A stretch of 63,947 nt of DNA, the filler included, from Kipferlia bialata (lineage: Eukaryota): assembly GCA_003568945.1 (NCBI GenBank). It is 5 parts of 4 records of this genome, joined end to end, with 100 filler letters (N's around TTAATTAATTAA, not from the genome) between each part and the next. Parts side by side here need not be neighbours in the genome. Positions count along the whole stretch, not along the records: positions 1 to 21,803 come from BDIP01000315.1; 4 more parts are not named here. One strand, written 5' to 3'. This document shows, one piece after another, positions 1 to 12,800 of this stretch (positions are counted from its first letter, which is position 1; each line of letters starts with the position of its first letter). Below the pieces are notes generated by a model. The model did not search any database. It was not told where the DNA came from and was given only the letters and a program-made list of their open reading frames with translations. Position numbers and translations under genes: made by a program.

Positions 1-51
<51 letters not shown>

Positions 52-53
<2 letters not shown>

Positions 54-2093
54 ATCCCTGCCACACACCCAGTGCAGGCAAGGGCTACACTATGCGTGGT
101 GTGACTATATACATACAGAGAGCAAGATAGAGAGAACGCCAACAGTCTTAGGTAGGTTTTCAAACCACAGACGCATTACCTGAACCGACACACCCGATAA
201 GCCTAGTTTACAATTATGCCTGTACTGGTATATATGTATAGGGTAACAGTACCTGTAGCGATGGAGGAGGGCGAGTCCCAGGACGTTGCCTGAGGTGAGA
301 GAGACAAGAGAGAGCCCAAAGAGCATATATGCATACATCAGTATGATGACATAATATACCTCTGACGCTCTGTCCCAGTATGCAGGGCAGAAGGAGGGGC
401 ACAAGGGACCAGTGTCTCTCACTGCGCTATGGGTCAGAAGTGATATGCATGTACACGTCTATACATATAGGATACACATTCAATGCACATATACACCTGA
501 CAAGCCGAAAGAAGCAACAGAGCAGCAGCATATGAGGACGAGGCACTCTCTCTCCTGTGTTTGGGCCTCTCCCTCTCCCTCTCCCTCTCTCGTGGCGAGG
601 TATATGGGCTACCCGGGGTGTCTCTCTCTCTCGACCGTAAGGATACACCACTGATGGAGAGGGAGAGAGAGAGGGAGACCGGGTTGGACTTGGGCAGGAT
701 GAAGCCCTTGCTAGAGGTTAGAGAGTAAATATAAAATACAATATTTATACATAGTTAAAAGAATGAATATAATGATAATAATACTACAATACAGTAAACA
801 TAGAGTGCACAGTTAACAAAGAGGGAGCAAACATACGTTACAGTGAGGAGGATGAAGGACTTGCTGGGGGTTAGATGCATACAGTAACAATGTATACACA
901 TATATACTAAGCACACCTTACATCGACTGGTCCGTTGATAGTCATGCCGTTCCAGAGGGGGGTGAAGGGGAGAAGCCTGGAGATGAGGGAAGACAAATAT
1001 ATATATGTGTGTGTGGGGGTGTGTGTATGTGTGTGCGTGGGTGGAGTGATAGAAATATAGATTGAGTTTTCAACACATGTATGTTGAGGAAGCTGGAGAG
1101 GAGGGAGTGTGTAGGTGGGAATAAATATGGATATGTTAGCGTATATGTAATGAAGACGTACCTTGACCCCTAATAGGGGTCCCCTATATATATATATATA
1201 AATACCTTGACACCAATTGACTGATCCTATCGTCTGACGCTGCCTCCATGGCTGAACAGCCTATAGATACATATTCATACATATATATACATAGATTATA
1301 TATATATATACATATACTATATACCTCGATACAAGCTGCGATATCCTATCATCTGACGCTGCCTCCATGGCTGAACACCCTATGTCAAGGGCACTAAGGG
1401 ACAGTAAGGGGCTGCACCTAAAGGTTAGACAATATGTAATAGGCTATATATAAATACACTTGTCACAATACAACAACAGAGCCGTTATCGACAGTGTTGA
1501 GGAGCAATTCTCAAGGGTACAATAGAGAGAAGGGGAGAGAGAGAAGGGGACCGCATCCATGAAGTGACATGAATAGTCGTATACCTAGACATATAGGGGT
1601 TGTGCCCCGCTGTCCTCTCTCTCTCCTTCCTCTTGAGCACTGAGGCAGAGACATATATAAGTATATACATCTTGATACCTTGATACATATGGGTTATGCC
1701 CCTCCCTCTCCTTCCTCTTAACTACAGATAGAGACACATATATAAGTATATACATCTTCATACCTTGATCCACTGGGATGCCTCTCCCTATCCTTCCTCT
1801 TAACCACTGAGGCAGACACATACGGCAAATATACATTATATATAAAATATACATATATATAATCTACACAATATATACCTTGACATGTAGGGGTTGTGTC
1901 CCCCTGATCCATTGGGATGTCTCTCCTTCCTCTTGACCACCGATGCAGAGACATACGGCAGCACAGCAGTGGGATCAATGAGAGGAAGGGCACGTGCAAT
2001 ACCACTCCTGACATTAGTGTATGTATATATATGTGGAGNGAAGGGCACGTGCAATACCACTCCTGACATTAGTGTATGTATATATATGTGGAG

Positions 2094-2133
<40 letters not shown>

Positions 2134-5100
2134 CGGTAGGACAGCAGTGGGGTCTATGAGGGGTAGGGCCCTCTCGATGCCCGTCCTGAAATGAGTATAT
2201 ACATGTGTATATAGGTATATGGTGGGAATGGAGGGGGGAGAGAGAGAGATAGAGGGATATATCAAGGGTAGGGCCCTGGAGGCCCGTTCTGGTATCAGAA
2301 TAGAGAGAAAGAGAGAGAAGGGGGGATTAACCGAGGGTAAGCGCCATCTAGCTACGAATCCTAGCTATAAAGAGACATAAAGAGAGTGTGTGTGAGAGTG
2401 TTGATATACCTTAGTGCAGAAACAGCCGGTCCAAAGTGCTCCTTGGGCAAGGGTGCACAGAGTGTGAGTGCCGCCCTGGCAAACACAGCCTGTACAGCAA
2501 GTAGTGCAGGGTGTATAGATGGTGTAGATGGTATAGATGGTGTGTATAGTGAGTATCTCCCCCTGTCCCTATGCGACACACAGGCACACCCACTCGATAC
2601 ACAGTATACACCACTAGAGGTACTAGGTGTACTAGAGGAACTAGAAGACTCCCCGTGTGTACCATGTACACTAGTAGGGCCACCACTAGATGATGCTAGG
2701 AACGGTGAGCATGCATACAATGCAGCAGCAGAGGGTGTGAGAGAGGGTGGCAGCGGCAGGATCTCTGAGTCGGGGGGTGTCTCATAGACATACTCCCCCA
2801 TAATGCTTGCCATGCCATCTCCCTCTCTCTCTCTCTCTCCCACCTCTTCGGTTGACTCAGTGTCTAAACCTGTAACTGCAACGTTCAAGGTACGGGACAG
2901 ACGCTCAAGTACAAACGGTAGGTCAAGTGTAAGACATGATGAAGGTGATGGATCACACGTGCCAGAGGTAACATCATGAGCAGCATCTCTCTCCCTCCCA
3001 CTCTCTCTCTCTCTATCTGGGTACCCCAGCTGTAGGGGTGATGGAGAGAAGTGATGGTAAGTAAGGTGCCTTGCCACTGAAGATGATCCTCCTACACCCC
3101 TAAATGCATCTCCTACACCCCTATTGGAGTGGGGGCAGACTGACACAACCATAGCGTCAGCTGGGGAGAGGAGGATACCCTCTCTCACAGACTCGCTGAC
3201 CAAGGAGTCAAAGACTGATCTACCTGGGTAGACACGTACGGTGTTACTAGCGTCTGAACCGCATGATACTAAGGCGGAGTCACCAGTGCCTGTCAGGCAT
3301 ACGTAGTAGACACACCCCATAGCAGCAGGGGAGAGAGAGGCCGGAAGGGCAGATGTGAGTACTGCACACAGCAGGGAGATCGGTGGCTTGGTAGAGGAGA
3401 AGGACAGCGGGGAAAAGGCGCCAAATGAGGGTACAGACAACGAACCCCCAGATGTGACAGAGACCCTTGCCAAAAGGGTGTAGGAGAGTGGGTAGTAGAG
3501 TGTGTCCTGGGTGTCCCTCTCTCTCTCTCTCTCCCTGTGGCGTAGGTTGAGTGCCACTGTCACTATCTGTGCCCCTCCACACACCAGTGTGACAACGGGT
3601 GTAGAGGGGTCGACATCTGGGTAGGGGTTGGGTACACTCTGGAAGTGCTCTCTATCGCTACTACCAGAGGAAGAGCCGTCCAAATCCTCCTCTAGGTTGT
3701 ACTCTCTCTCTTCATCTTTAGGGTCATTGACCACTGGGAATATGGAGCTGATGGCACTACCTACAAGTTAGTACTGGTACATACTACAAGGATACGATGG
3801 ATATTATATATGCTTATTAGACAATATACTATTAATGAGTATATTTTATATACCACTGGGAAGATGGAGCTGATGGCACTGCCTAGGGATCAGTATAGTA
3901 GAGCAGATTAAGAAGCCAAATACGAGTAATCCATGTCTTTATATATATAACTACTATATATAAGATACAGTGTACTATAAGTGTATAATAACACTATCAC
4001 CCCACCTATGGCATTGACGCTGCTGGGCACACCCATTAAGTATCAACTATAACCTCAGTATAGAGATACAATACCATATATAATATATATATATATATAT
4101 GTATGTATGTGTATATACAATACTCCAACCATACCTATGGCCATTGATTAACTGCATGTGTTATACAAACTATAAATGCAATCTAATGTACATATATACT
4201 CCCACCTATGGCCATTGACGCTGCTGGGCACACCCACCCTATCGTGTATGTGTGTGAGTGGAGGGTGCCTGTGCACAGAGCAAGGGCACCGTCGGAGAAG
4301 CCTACATAGACAGTGACAGCATCGCCTAGCTATTAGCCGATTAATTAATTAATTAATTAATTAATTAATTAATTATATGTGCAAAGTATACATATAAATA
4401 ATAATATGAATGTGATATGGTAGAATAAAGGCCAGGGCACCATCGCAGAAACCTACATAGACAGTGACAGCGTCACCTAGAGATGAGGGAACATTACTAT
4501 TGTACATAGGAGTGTACACTGACAAATACCAAAGAAAGCTAACAAACCTTGCACTCTACAGGTGAGTGCTGTGGTGTTGTCATGGTCAGTAAACGACCAG
4601 ACATATACAAATATATATATATACTAGATACATCCATCGTTCACTGTGCCATACTATATGCTATATATGTGTAATATGTGTAATACTATACATACCCTGT
4701 ACACGACATGTCAGAGCAGTGATGCTGGCACAGGTGGGCATGGTCAGTACATGCACAGCCCTACCAGAGAGGTCACTCCCCCTCTCTCCCTCTGTCTCCC
4801 CACACTTGGCACACCCACTCTCCCTATCTCTCATACTCTCTCCCAATCTCTCCATCACTACACTGTCACACGTACGAGACAGCACTACACGAGAGGGTCT
4901 AGAACATGTTCTAGAACTCCCACTACCCTCTCTCTCTCCGTTGACACCCTGTACCCTAAGGTACTGATCCAGCCGCATCCACTCTGGCAACTCAGTACTC
5001 TCTCCCTTAGTGACACTACACTCATTGCACTCATTGCACTCATTGTATGATACGTGTAGGTATGGTGGGACAAGAGGTGTGCGGACAGGTACGAGGAGTG

Positions 5101-8100
5101 AGGGTGCCTCCCCGGCTACAGCTGAGACAGAAACAGTATCTACAACAACCGCACTCTCTAAGGAGTCTGGCTCTCTCTGTTTCTCTGTGTGTAGATGGTC
5201 TGGGTGTATGACCCTGCAGACCCCTTCCTGCATAGCGGCTAAGACACAGCAGGATGGGAGGAGGGGGCACACGTCCGTGTATAGAGGGGTGTCATTAGTG
5301 GTACTAGTGCGGCTAGACCCAGGTGTATCACTGGACATACTGGGCACTGTGTGGAAAGAGAGTGCTGGCCTCTCACTCTCGGAGATCAGGCACTGAGCGT
5401 GAAGAGTCTGTATTGAAAGTGACCACTTTGCAGCTCTGGTCCTGAACAGAGAGGCCCTGGCAGGTAGTGGTACCTCTCTCACACACATGGAGACCGCTAA
5501 CATACCATCTCCCCCTGCTTCTGCAACAGTCTTGGTATAGCTGGCACTCACACTCAGCACATGCCTCCCTCCCTCTCCCTCTCTATCCGCATCTTCGTCT
5601 CCAGTGCTACTCTCACACTGTACATCTAAGGACACAACTCCAAGCAGGGGCCCGATGAACACAGCTATGGGTGATGATGAGAGCTTCCTGAAGGGTCAGC
5701 CAGACAGGGAGAGAGAGAGAGAGCGAGAGAGATATCCCGGTGATACATACACATTTGCGCAATTATGGATAAAGACAGAGGTACCCTATATATAGTACCT
5801 TGGAATAATGAGGAACCCTCCATCAACCCCAGTCACCACAGACTGCAGCAGGACCCTCTCTCTCCCCCTCTCTCTCTCCCTGTCCCCCACAGAGTCACAT
5901 GAAGAGAGTGCATCCATACTTGATACAGGTACAGACAGAAGCACTGTGCGTAGCAGCACATTGACCATATGCACACTGTCATGACAGAAGACAAGGAGGA
6001 GGTGGTCGAGGCCAGCTACAATCCTGATGGTCAGATGGAACTAAACACTATACGTTATACTATGCAACGGTACCCTCTACAAATAATTAGTATGACATAT
6101 ATGAACAGTATATGGCACCTGAGTATCCGAGAGGGGACCCTCTCCTCCTCGTCCCACTCTCCCTCTCCCTCTCCCTCTCTCTCCCCCTCTCCCTGTGTAT
6201 CGTGTACCCCATCGAAGTACATCTCCCCGACTCTGTTCAGAGTCACAACCTGGGGTTAGTATACTAATATATATTTACACTCATTCCCTATGTTCTATAA
6301 TAACATACTACAAATGTAGAAGTAATATTGAAGATATCTCCCCGACTCTGTTCAGAGTCACTACCTGGGATGAGCATTATGCATATATGATAGAACTGTG
6401 TACCTACAAGTCTACATGAATATATAGACACAATCAGATACATACCTCGAATATATCGAGACACTCTGTGAAGATATTGACTGAATACACAATATTAAAA
6501 ATATATAGTATATAACACACTACTATATACACTGATACATTATCATATATACCTCGAATACCTCTAGACAGTCTGTAAAAGCATTAACTGAATACACAAT
6601 TCACTCCTAATCTAGTGATATATACAGATAGTATATATATACATATACATATGAGTATTTACATACATACCTCGAATATCTCGAGGCAGTCTGTGAATGC
6701 ATTGACCCTGGCCAGTCTGGACTCAAGGCCTGGGGTGAGTGTATATATACATATATACTTATATACAATATATATATATATACACTATATTTATGAATAA
6801 TGATTTTGATAAGTACTAATATGTGGATATTTTTGTATTCATTGATGCATTGACCCTGGCCAGTCTGGACTCAAGGCCTGGGGTGAGTGTATATATAAAT
6901 ATATGCTTATATACAATATATATACATACTGATGAGTGAATTATGTTACATCTATATATATATATATATATATATACATATGTGAATACTAATGTATATT
7001 GATGTGCCAGGCCAGTCTGGACTCAAGGCCTGGGGTGAGTGTATACATGGGAATACTGACTTGACTTACATATATATATAAGGCTGTAACCAATTCATAC
7101 ACCTCGATACTACAATATATATATATCATTATCAGTGACTGATACATGATCTGTGTCCAGTATGTAACTGACTCTTTAAAACAAACTACTAGTGCAGTAC
7201 GTACATGGCCTGTCTCCAGTATGTAACTGGTAAGTAGGCATATATATGTACATACATGCAAATATAAAGTGATACAGAGAGAGAGAGAGAAAGATTATGA
7301 ATACATATATATAACATACTATATAGAGAGTATAATACTCTAATAATATAGTCTAATACTCTAAACGTACCTCTGTCTGTCACTGCCACATGATCTGTGT
7401 CCAGTATATAACAAGAAATTTCTAGAAATTCATATATAGTATATGGTATATATATATATATATAGTACATATTACTACTATGTACTCACCACTATCTATC
7501 ACTGCCACATGGTATGTGTCCAGTATGTAACTGGTGAGTATACACATATATAACATACTGAGTAAGACATAGTATAATACTCTTAACGTACCACTATCTG
7601 TCACTGCCACATGGTCTGTGTCCAGTATGTAACTGGAGGGTATACATATATATAACATACTATATATAGAGAGTATAGTACATATTACTACTATGTACTC
7701 ACCACTATCTGTCACAGCTATATGGTCTGTGTCCAGTATGTAACTGGTGGGGTGTGTGTCCCAGTCTGGGGTGTCATACCCATACACAGAGTCAGTGTCT
7801 GCGGTAAGGACATATTATCTGTATATTAACTTGTGTATGGGTATAACTATACAATACTATTATCCTATATATGTATGTGTGTATATACATGGACATCCCA
7901 GTCTGGGGTGTCATACCCATACGCAGAGTCAGTGTCTGGAAGTGAGGACAGGAGTATATACCGATTCAGACTACCATAGGATAGTATATAACTATATCTT
8001 CCTATATATAGATACTCACCCTCAGTCTGTGATATCTCCCCCTCACTCATGTCCTCTGAGTACACAATAGACACACTCATATATATATATATATTATAAT

Positions 8101-9609
8101 AAATAGATATATATAGATATACTAATACACTCCTACCTTCAGTCTGTGATATCTCCCCCTCACTCATATCTTCTGAGTACACACTAGAGACCCTCGGCCT
8201 TCCATGCAGAGAAAGAGAGAGGGAGCGGGGTCTGTTGGACTCACTGTACTCGGCATGCAGTGCGGCACTGTCAACCCTCTCTCTCCCATACTCTCTCTCT
8301 CCCTCTGCACCCCTATTTGTTTCCCCTGGGTAGGACAGATCCGGAGCCGGAAATGAGTTATCCAGCCTGGGGTGAGAATTGAAGTATATATGAACATGAA
8401 GCTATATACATAATATCAATGACAAGTATTGAGAATATGTACCAACCTAGTGCCTAATGTCCGGGATGCGTCTTGTAAGGCAATATATATACATATGTAT
8501 GTGTACATACATATGTGAATACTACAGACACAGAAATATGCATCTAGTATACTAGAAAGAGGCGTAAGTATGTACCTAGCGTCTGGGAATAGCGAGAGAG
8601 TGCGACAGGCATCAGTTAGCGCACTCCCCTCCCTCCCTACACACCCATAGTGTATATATTATATATATATATATAGTATATATATATAGTATATATGAAT
8701 AGTGTATATGAATATGCTGATATGTACATAGTATAACATCTATCACAAGAATTGAGTGTATAACCTTAGCTAGTGTCTGGGAAGAGTGATAGATATATAT
8801 ATATATGTATATATATATGTGTGTATGTATGTATGTAACATACACACTATAGAGTCGTACCTAGCGTCTGGGAAGAGTGACAGAGTGCGACAGGCATCTG
8901 GTAAGGCACTGCCCTCCCTACCCACACACACACACCCTGCATTGTCAACAGAGACCACAATGCACTCCTCTCTGTCTCTCTCTCCATCTACACCCTCTTT
9001 GCAAGTGTCCTCCTTTGAGGCAGAGAGAGAGAGAGCGTGGACCAGGGCCAGTGGATGTCTATGCCAGACACTCAGTCGAGAGAGAGAGAAGTCACTCTCT
9101 CCCTCTACACCTTCAATGCACACACTATCTTTCTCTGCTCTCTCCGCACCCTTTCTCTCTCCCTCTACACCCCTATTCTCTCTCTGCCACACTGCCATCA
9201 TGTTGGAGTGGGAGCCTCTCCCACATGTGAGGAGAGTGGAGCCACACCTGGAGTAAGTAAGAGAGAAACGGAGAGCGACAGAGAGAATAGAGAGAGAGCC
9301 CCTGCCAGGTGAGGAGGGTGGATTCACAACTGGGAATAAGTACAATAGAGAGAGAGAGAGATTGCCCAGAAAAAAGGTATCCATAATTACCGGCAGTTTA
9401 GTACACCTAGACATCAAGGGTGGTGCACCTGTGACTAATGGCACAACTAATACAGTATAGAGAGAATATATATATGTATATTTCTATACATAATATATAT
9501 ACATGTACCTCGAAAGTGACATGAGACCAGGTGCATCTGTGACTGATGGCACCAGCAGGGATGGGCATGGGAGGGGGGTGCATACTGATAGCTCAGGGAG
9601 GTGGGACAT
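52..9609 (-). CDS. Large multi-exon WD40/beta-propeller-like protein, weak resemblance to WDR7/WDR72 (rabconnectin-3 beta); 3' end probably outside the window
   Basis: ATG at 9609 with an in-frame upstream stop (MSHLPELSVCTPLPCPSLLV...). GT-AG exons include LSRCGSTLLTCG..MMAVWQ, IVVSVDNAGCVCV, GWITHF, the long exons in ORFs 4661-5662 and 2361-3734 (ALVSCGSDASNTVRVY), and SFCPAYW..LVSLTSGNVLGL. The family call rests on motif impression only. Confidence 0.55.
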
Positions 9610-9836
9610 GCTCTAAGGCAGTCTCTGTCTCTCACTCTCAGCACTACTCCCCCAGTGTCAACTCTCTCTCTGTCTCTCTCTCTCGACTGCTCCCTCTGTA
9701 ATGCCTTGTGGTAAGGAAATGGAGTGAACAAATTGGGGGGGGGGGGGGGGGGGGGGGGAGGGGGGGGGGGGGGGGGGGGGGAGTTTTGTCCATCCTATTC
9801 TCTTGTCTTTGCTCCATTTCTCCCCCTGACTCTTAG

Positions 9837-12800
9837 GATTGTGTCGAAGTACCTCCCCGCTGGTACCTATGAGTACAAGTACGTTGTGGACGGGACTTGG
9901 GTGGCCAGGGAAGACAAGCCTAGGGAGACTGAGTCCGGCTTCGGCAACAACACTGTCACCGTCAAGCCCTACAAGGTCAGGCCGATGTGCCATCACAAGA
10001 TGGCCTGTTACAGCAAGAACTGCCCATTCAGACACCCACCTGGCTGGAACCCCCAGAGGCCCAAGGCCCAGACCCCCAAGGTGGAGGGGGGAGGTGGTAC
10101 CAAGGGCAAGAGGAGAGGGGGCGCCAGCACTCAATCCAAGCCCAACAGGAAGGCCGGCCCCACTCCCACCTCTGACTCTGGCCGCAAGGGAAGGGGCAGG
10201 GGCAAGAACCAGAGGAGGCCGAAGCACCGTGATACCAGACAGAACCTGAATCGCACCACTCCCACCTGCTCTGCCCCTGTCACCCCCTCCGCTACTCCCT
10301 CTGCCACCCCATGTGCTAGTCCCTCTGCCAGCCGGACCCACACCCCCTCCACATCAACCCCCTCCACATCGAGGGCAGGGAGGGGGACACCGAGGAGCCG
10401 GAGGGGAGAGAGAGGAGAGGGCAGTGGGAAGGTGTCCTCTAGGGGGGCTGGCACCCGCCTGGTCATCCCAGAGAGCCTCTGGTCCTACAAGCCCCCCATG
10501 CACAACGGGAAGGCGGTGGAGAGGAGTAAGGTCCCCCCCTGTCGCAGCGAGCTCCACTGCAAGGACCCCAACTGCCCCTACACCCACCCGGATGATGGCC
10601 AGGACGCTGTGGAGGTACCCCCGGAGGTGCATGACCTGGGGCTGGACGAGACAGACACACGCAGCGTCATCCGGTACGCTATATATATATATATATTACT
10701 ATATTCACCTAGTCTCCAGATCGTCAGTATTGTCTGCATTGTCTGCATTGTCTGCATTGTCTGCATTGTCTGTATGCTCCCCTCAGGAACCTCCGCACTG
10801 TGGAGGGGGTGTGCAAGGTCAGCATGAAGGTGGAGGTGATAGTCTCTGTGGACGGGGTGGAGAAGCGCAATGGGATACGGTTCCTGAACTACACCGAGGA
10901 CCTTGCCCAGGCCGTGGCCGACCAGGTCGAGTACGAGTTCCCCGAGCTGGAGAGCCTCGAGATCATCTCCCAGGCGTCGAGGCGACTGATCAACGCCTAC
11001 GTGTCCCCTCTTGAGTTCCCCCTGATCCACGACAGGGTCTTCTCCCTCGCCGAGGCCAACAAGGTGGCCCGACTCGACTGCAACGTGGAGCTCAAGTCCT
11101 TCCGCTTCAGCCTCTTTGTGAGGCCACGTGTCACCCGGTCCGAGGGAGTGTACCTCCTCTACAAGGGTGCCACGAACATGACCGCCCTGGTCAAAGGGGC
11201 CAGGGCTGCCGTGTCTGATTTCCCAGGTCTGCATGCAGAGCGGGTGGAGGTTAGCCCTGTCCACGACGCTGGCACCTCTGTGTGCAGGGCCTACAAGGTG
11301 CTGCGGGTGTCGGAGAGGGACGACATGCTCCACCCCCTGGTGGAGGCCGGGGAGATCGCAACTGCAGATGGGTCCACATCCTTTGCTGTAGTGGCCGAGA
11401 GACGCCCTGTGTTCTTTTCGTCCCTCGTCACTATCCCAGATGTAGCGACGGCAGAGGAGAGAGTGCGTGCCTACATACAGGACGCCCTGCCCCCCTGGGA
11501 GGTGTTCCAGAGTAGAGAGATGGTTCAGGGGGTGGGATTCGATACCACGGGTCAGTATGGGTTTGCCTATGTATCTCTGCAGGTGGTCAGGGATATTCTG
11601 CACTCCAGGGACAGAGAGGGAGACATGGATCTGGTTCAGAAGCACGGGATAGTGTTTGACAAGTTCGTGTCCTCTCACACCGTCCTCTCCGGCATCAAGC
11701 CGGAGCTTGTCCCTGGGATGGGAGGGGAGGGGGGTGTCAGGAACCTGGACCAGGTCTGCCACTCCATCAAGACCCAGTTGCGGAGGCAGCACTACCATGA
11801 CCTGTACGGGGTTGTGTATGACGGGGAGCGCTTCATAGCCCATGCCAGCCAGGTGAAGAGGTGTGACAAGGCCTCTCTCAACACCAGTCAGGCGCACACT
11901 CGCTCCTCGCCCTTCAGACTGAGGTGGAATGACGGGGAGGTGAGGTTCAAGGTCAAGGAGACGCCCCTGGTTGTGCCGGCCCCTAAGAAGAAGACATCAG
12001 GTATTGAGATACTCTATGTATTTGTGTTGTATACTATTCCTTGCCCCATTCTGGTTCTATTTTGTTATCTCCCCCCTGACGCCAGCCACTGAGAGAGGGT
12101 GCACCACGCCCCAGAAGAAGGTCCTCTCCCTGGGGCCCATCGAGGACGTCACATCCTCTGGGGAGGTCATCAGCCACCTGAAGGAGGAGAGGGTGGTGGT
12201 GCTGACACTTGGGGAAGGTGGGATGAATATCAGTATATCATGTATCGATACAGTGTCTCTCTCACGATTCTCACTTCAGGTGATTGTGAGTCATTGACGA
12301 CTCTCAGGACGGACATGAGTGGTCAATACCCTCTGCCAGTGGCATGGGTGCACTGCTCCGCTCTCTCCCCGTCTCTGGCCCATAGTGCCCCTATGCAGAC
12401 ACACACCCAGAGACTGGGTTCCTCGTCCCCCACCCCTATAGGACTGACTACCAAGTCAGCTCCTGTGGGGAGGACGCCTCTAGAGAAGGAGCATGAGCTT
12501 CTGGGCGGTGATGTGGAGCTCACTAGTGTGTCTTGCCTGCTGGGGCAGGCCCAGCGGGACCCTCAGCTCTCTACCTATGGGGTGGTAGTGGTGGAGGTGT
12601 CCAGCAAGTCTCTGTACACCGATATGGTATTGGCTGTACTCAGAGATACCCTCGGCAGGAGAGAGGACCTCCAGGTCCTGACTGTGTGCTCTGGAGTAGA
12701 GCCCAGGCCTCTTCTGGAGTTCTTCGCAGGGTACGTGGGCACCACTCCCCCCAGGGCCGTCTCTCTCTCCCTCTCCGGGTTGGATAGCACCGCACCCCGG

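Noticed and set aside
1986..2092. Exact ~52-bp duplication around a single N at 2039
   Set aside because: Identical copies on both sides of a gap character indicate a scaffolding overlap, not a biological echo.
4341..4374. (TTAA)n run resembling the linker or piggyBac target sites
   Set aside because: Not flanked by Ns or terminal inverted repeats; it is an intronic microsatellite.
10578..11897. 439-aa antisense ORF and other long minus-strand ORFs over the giant gene
   Set aside because: Shadow frames of a GC3-rich coding strand; no motifs.
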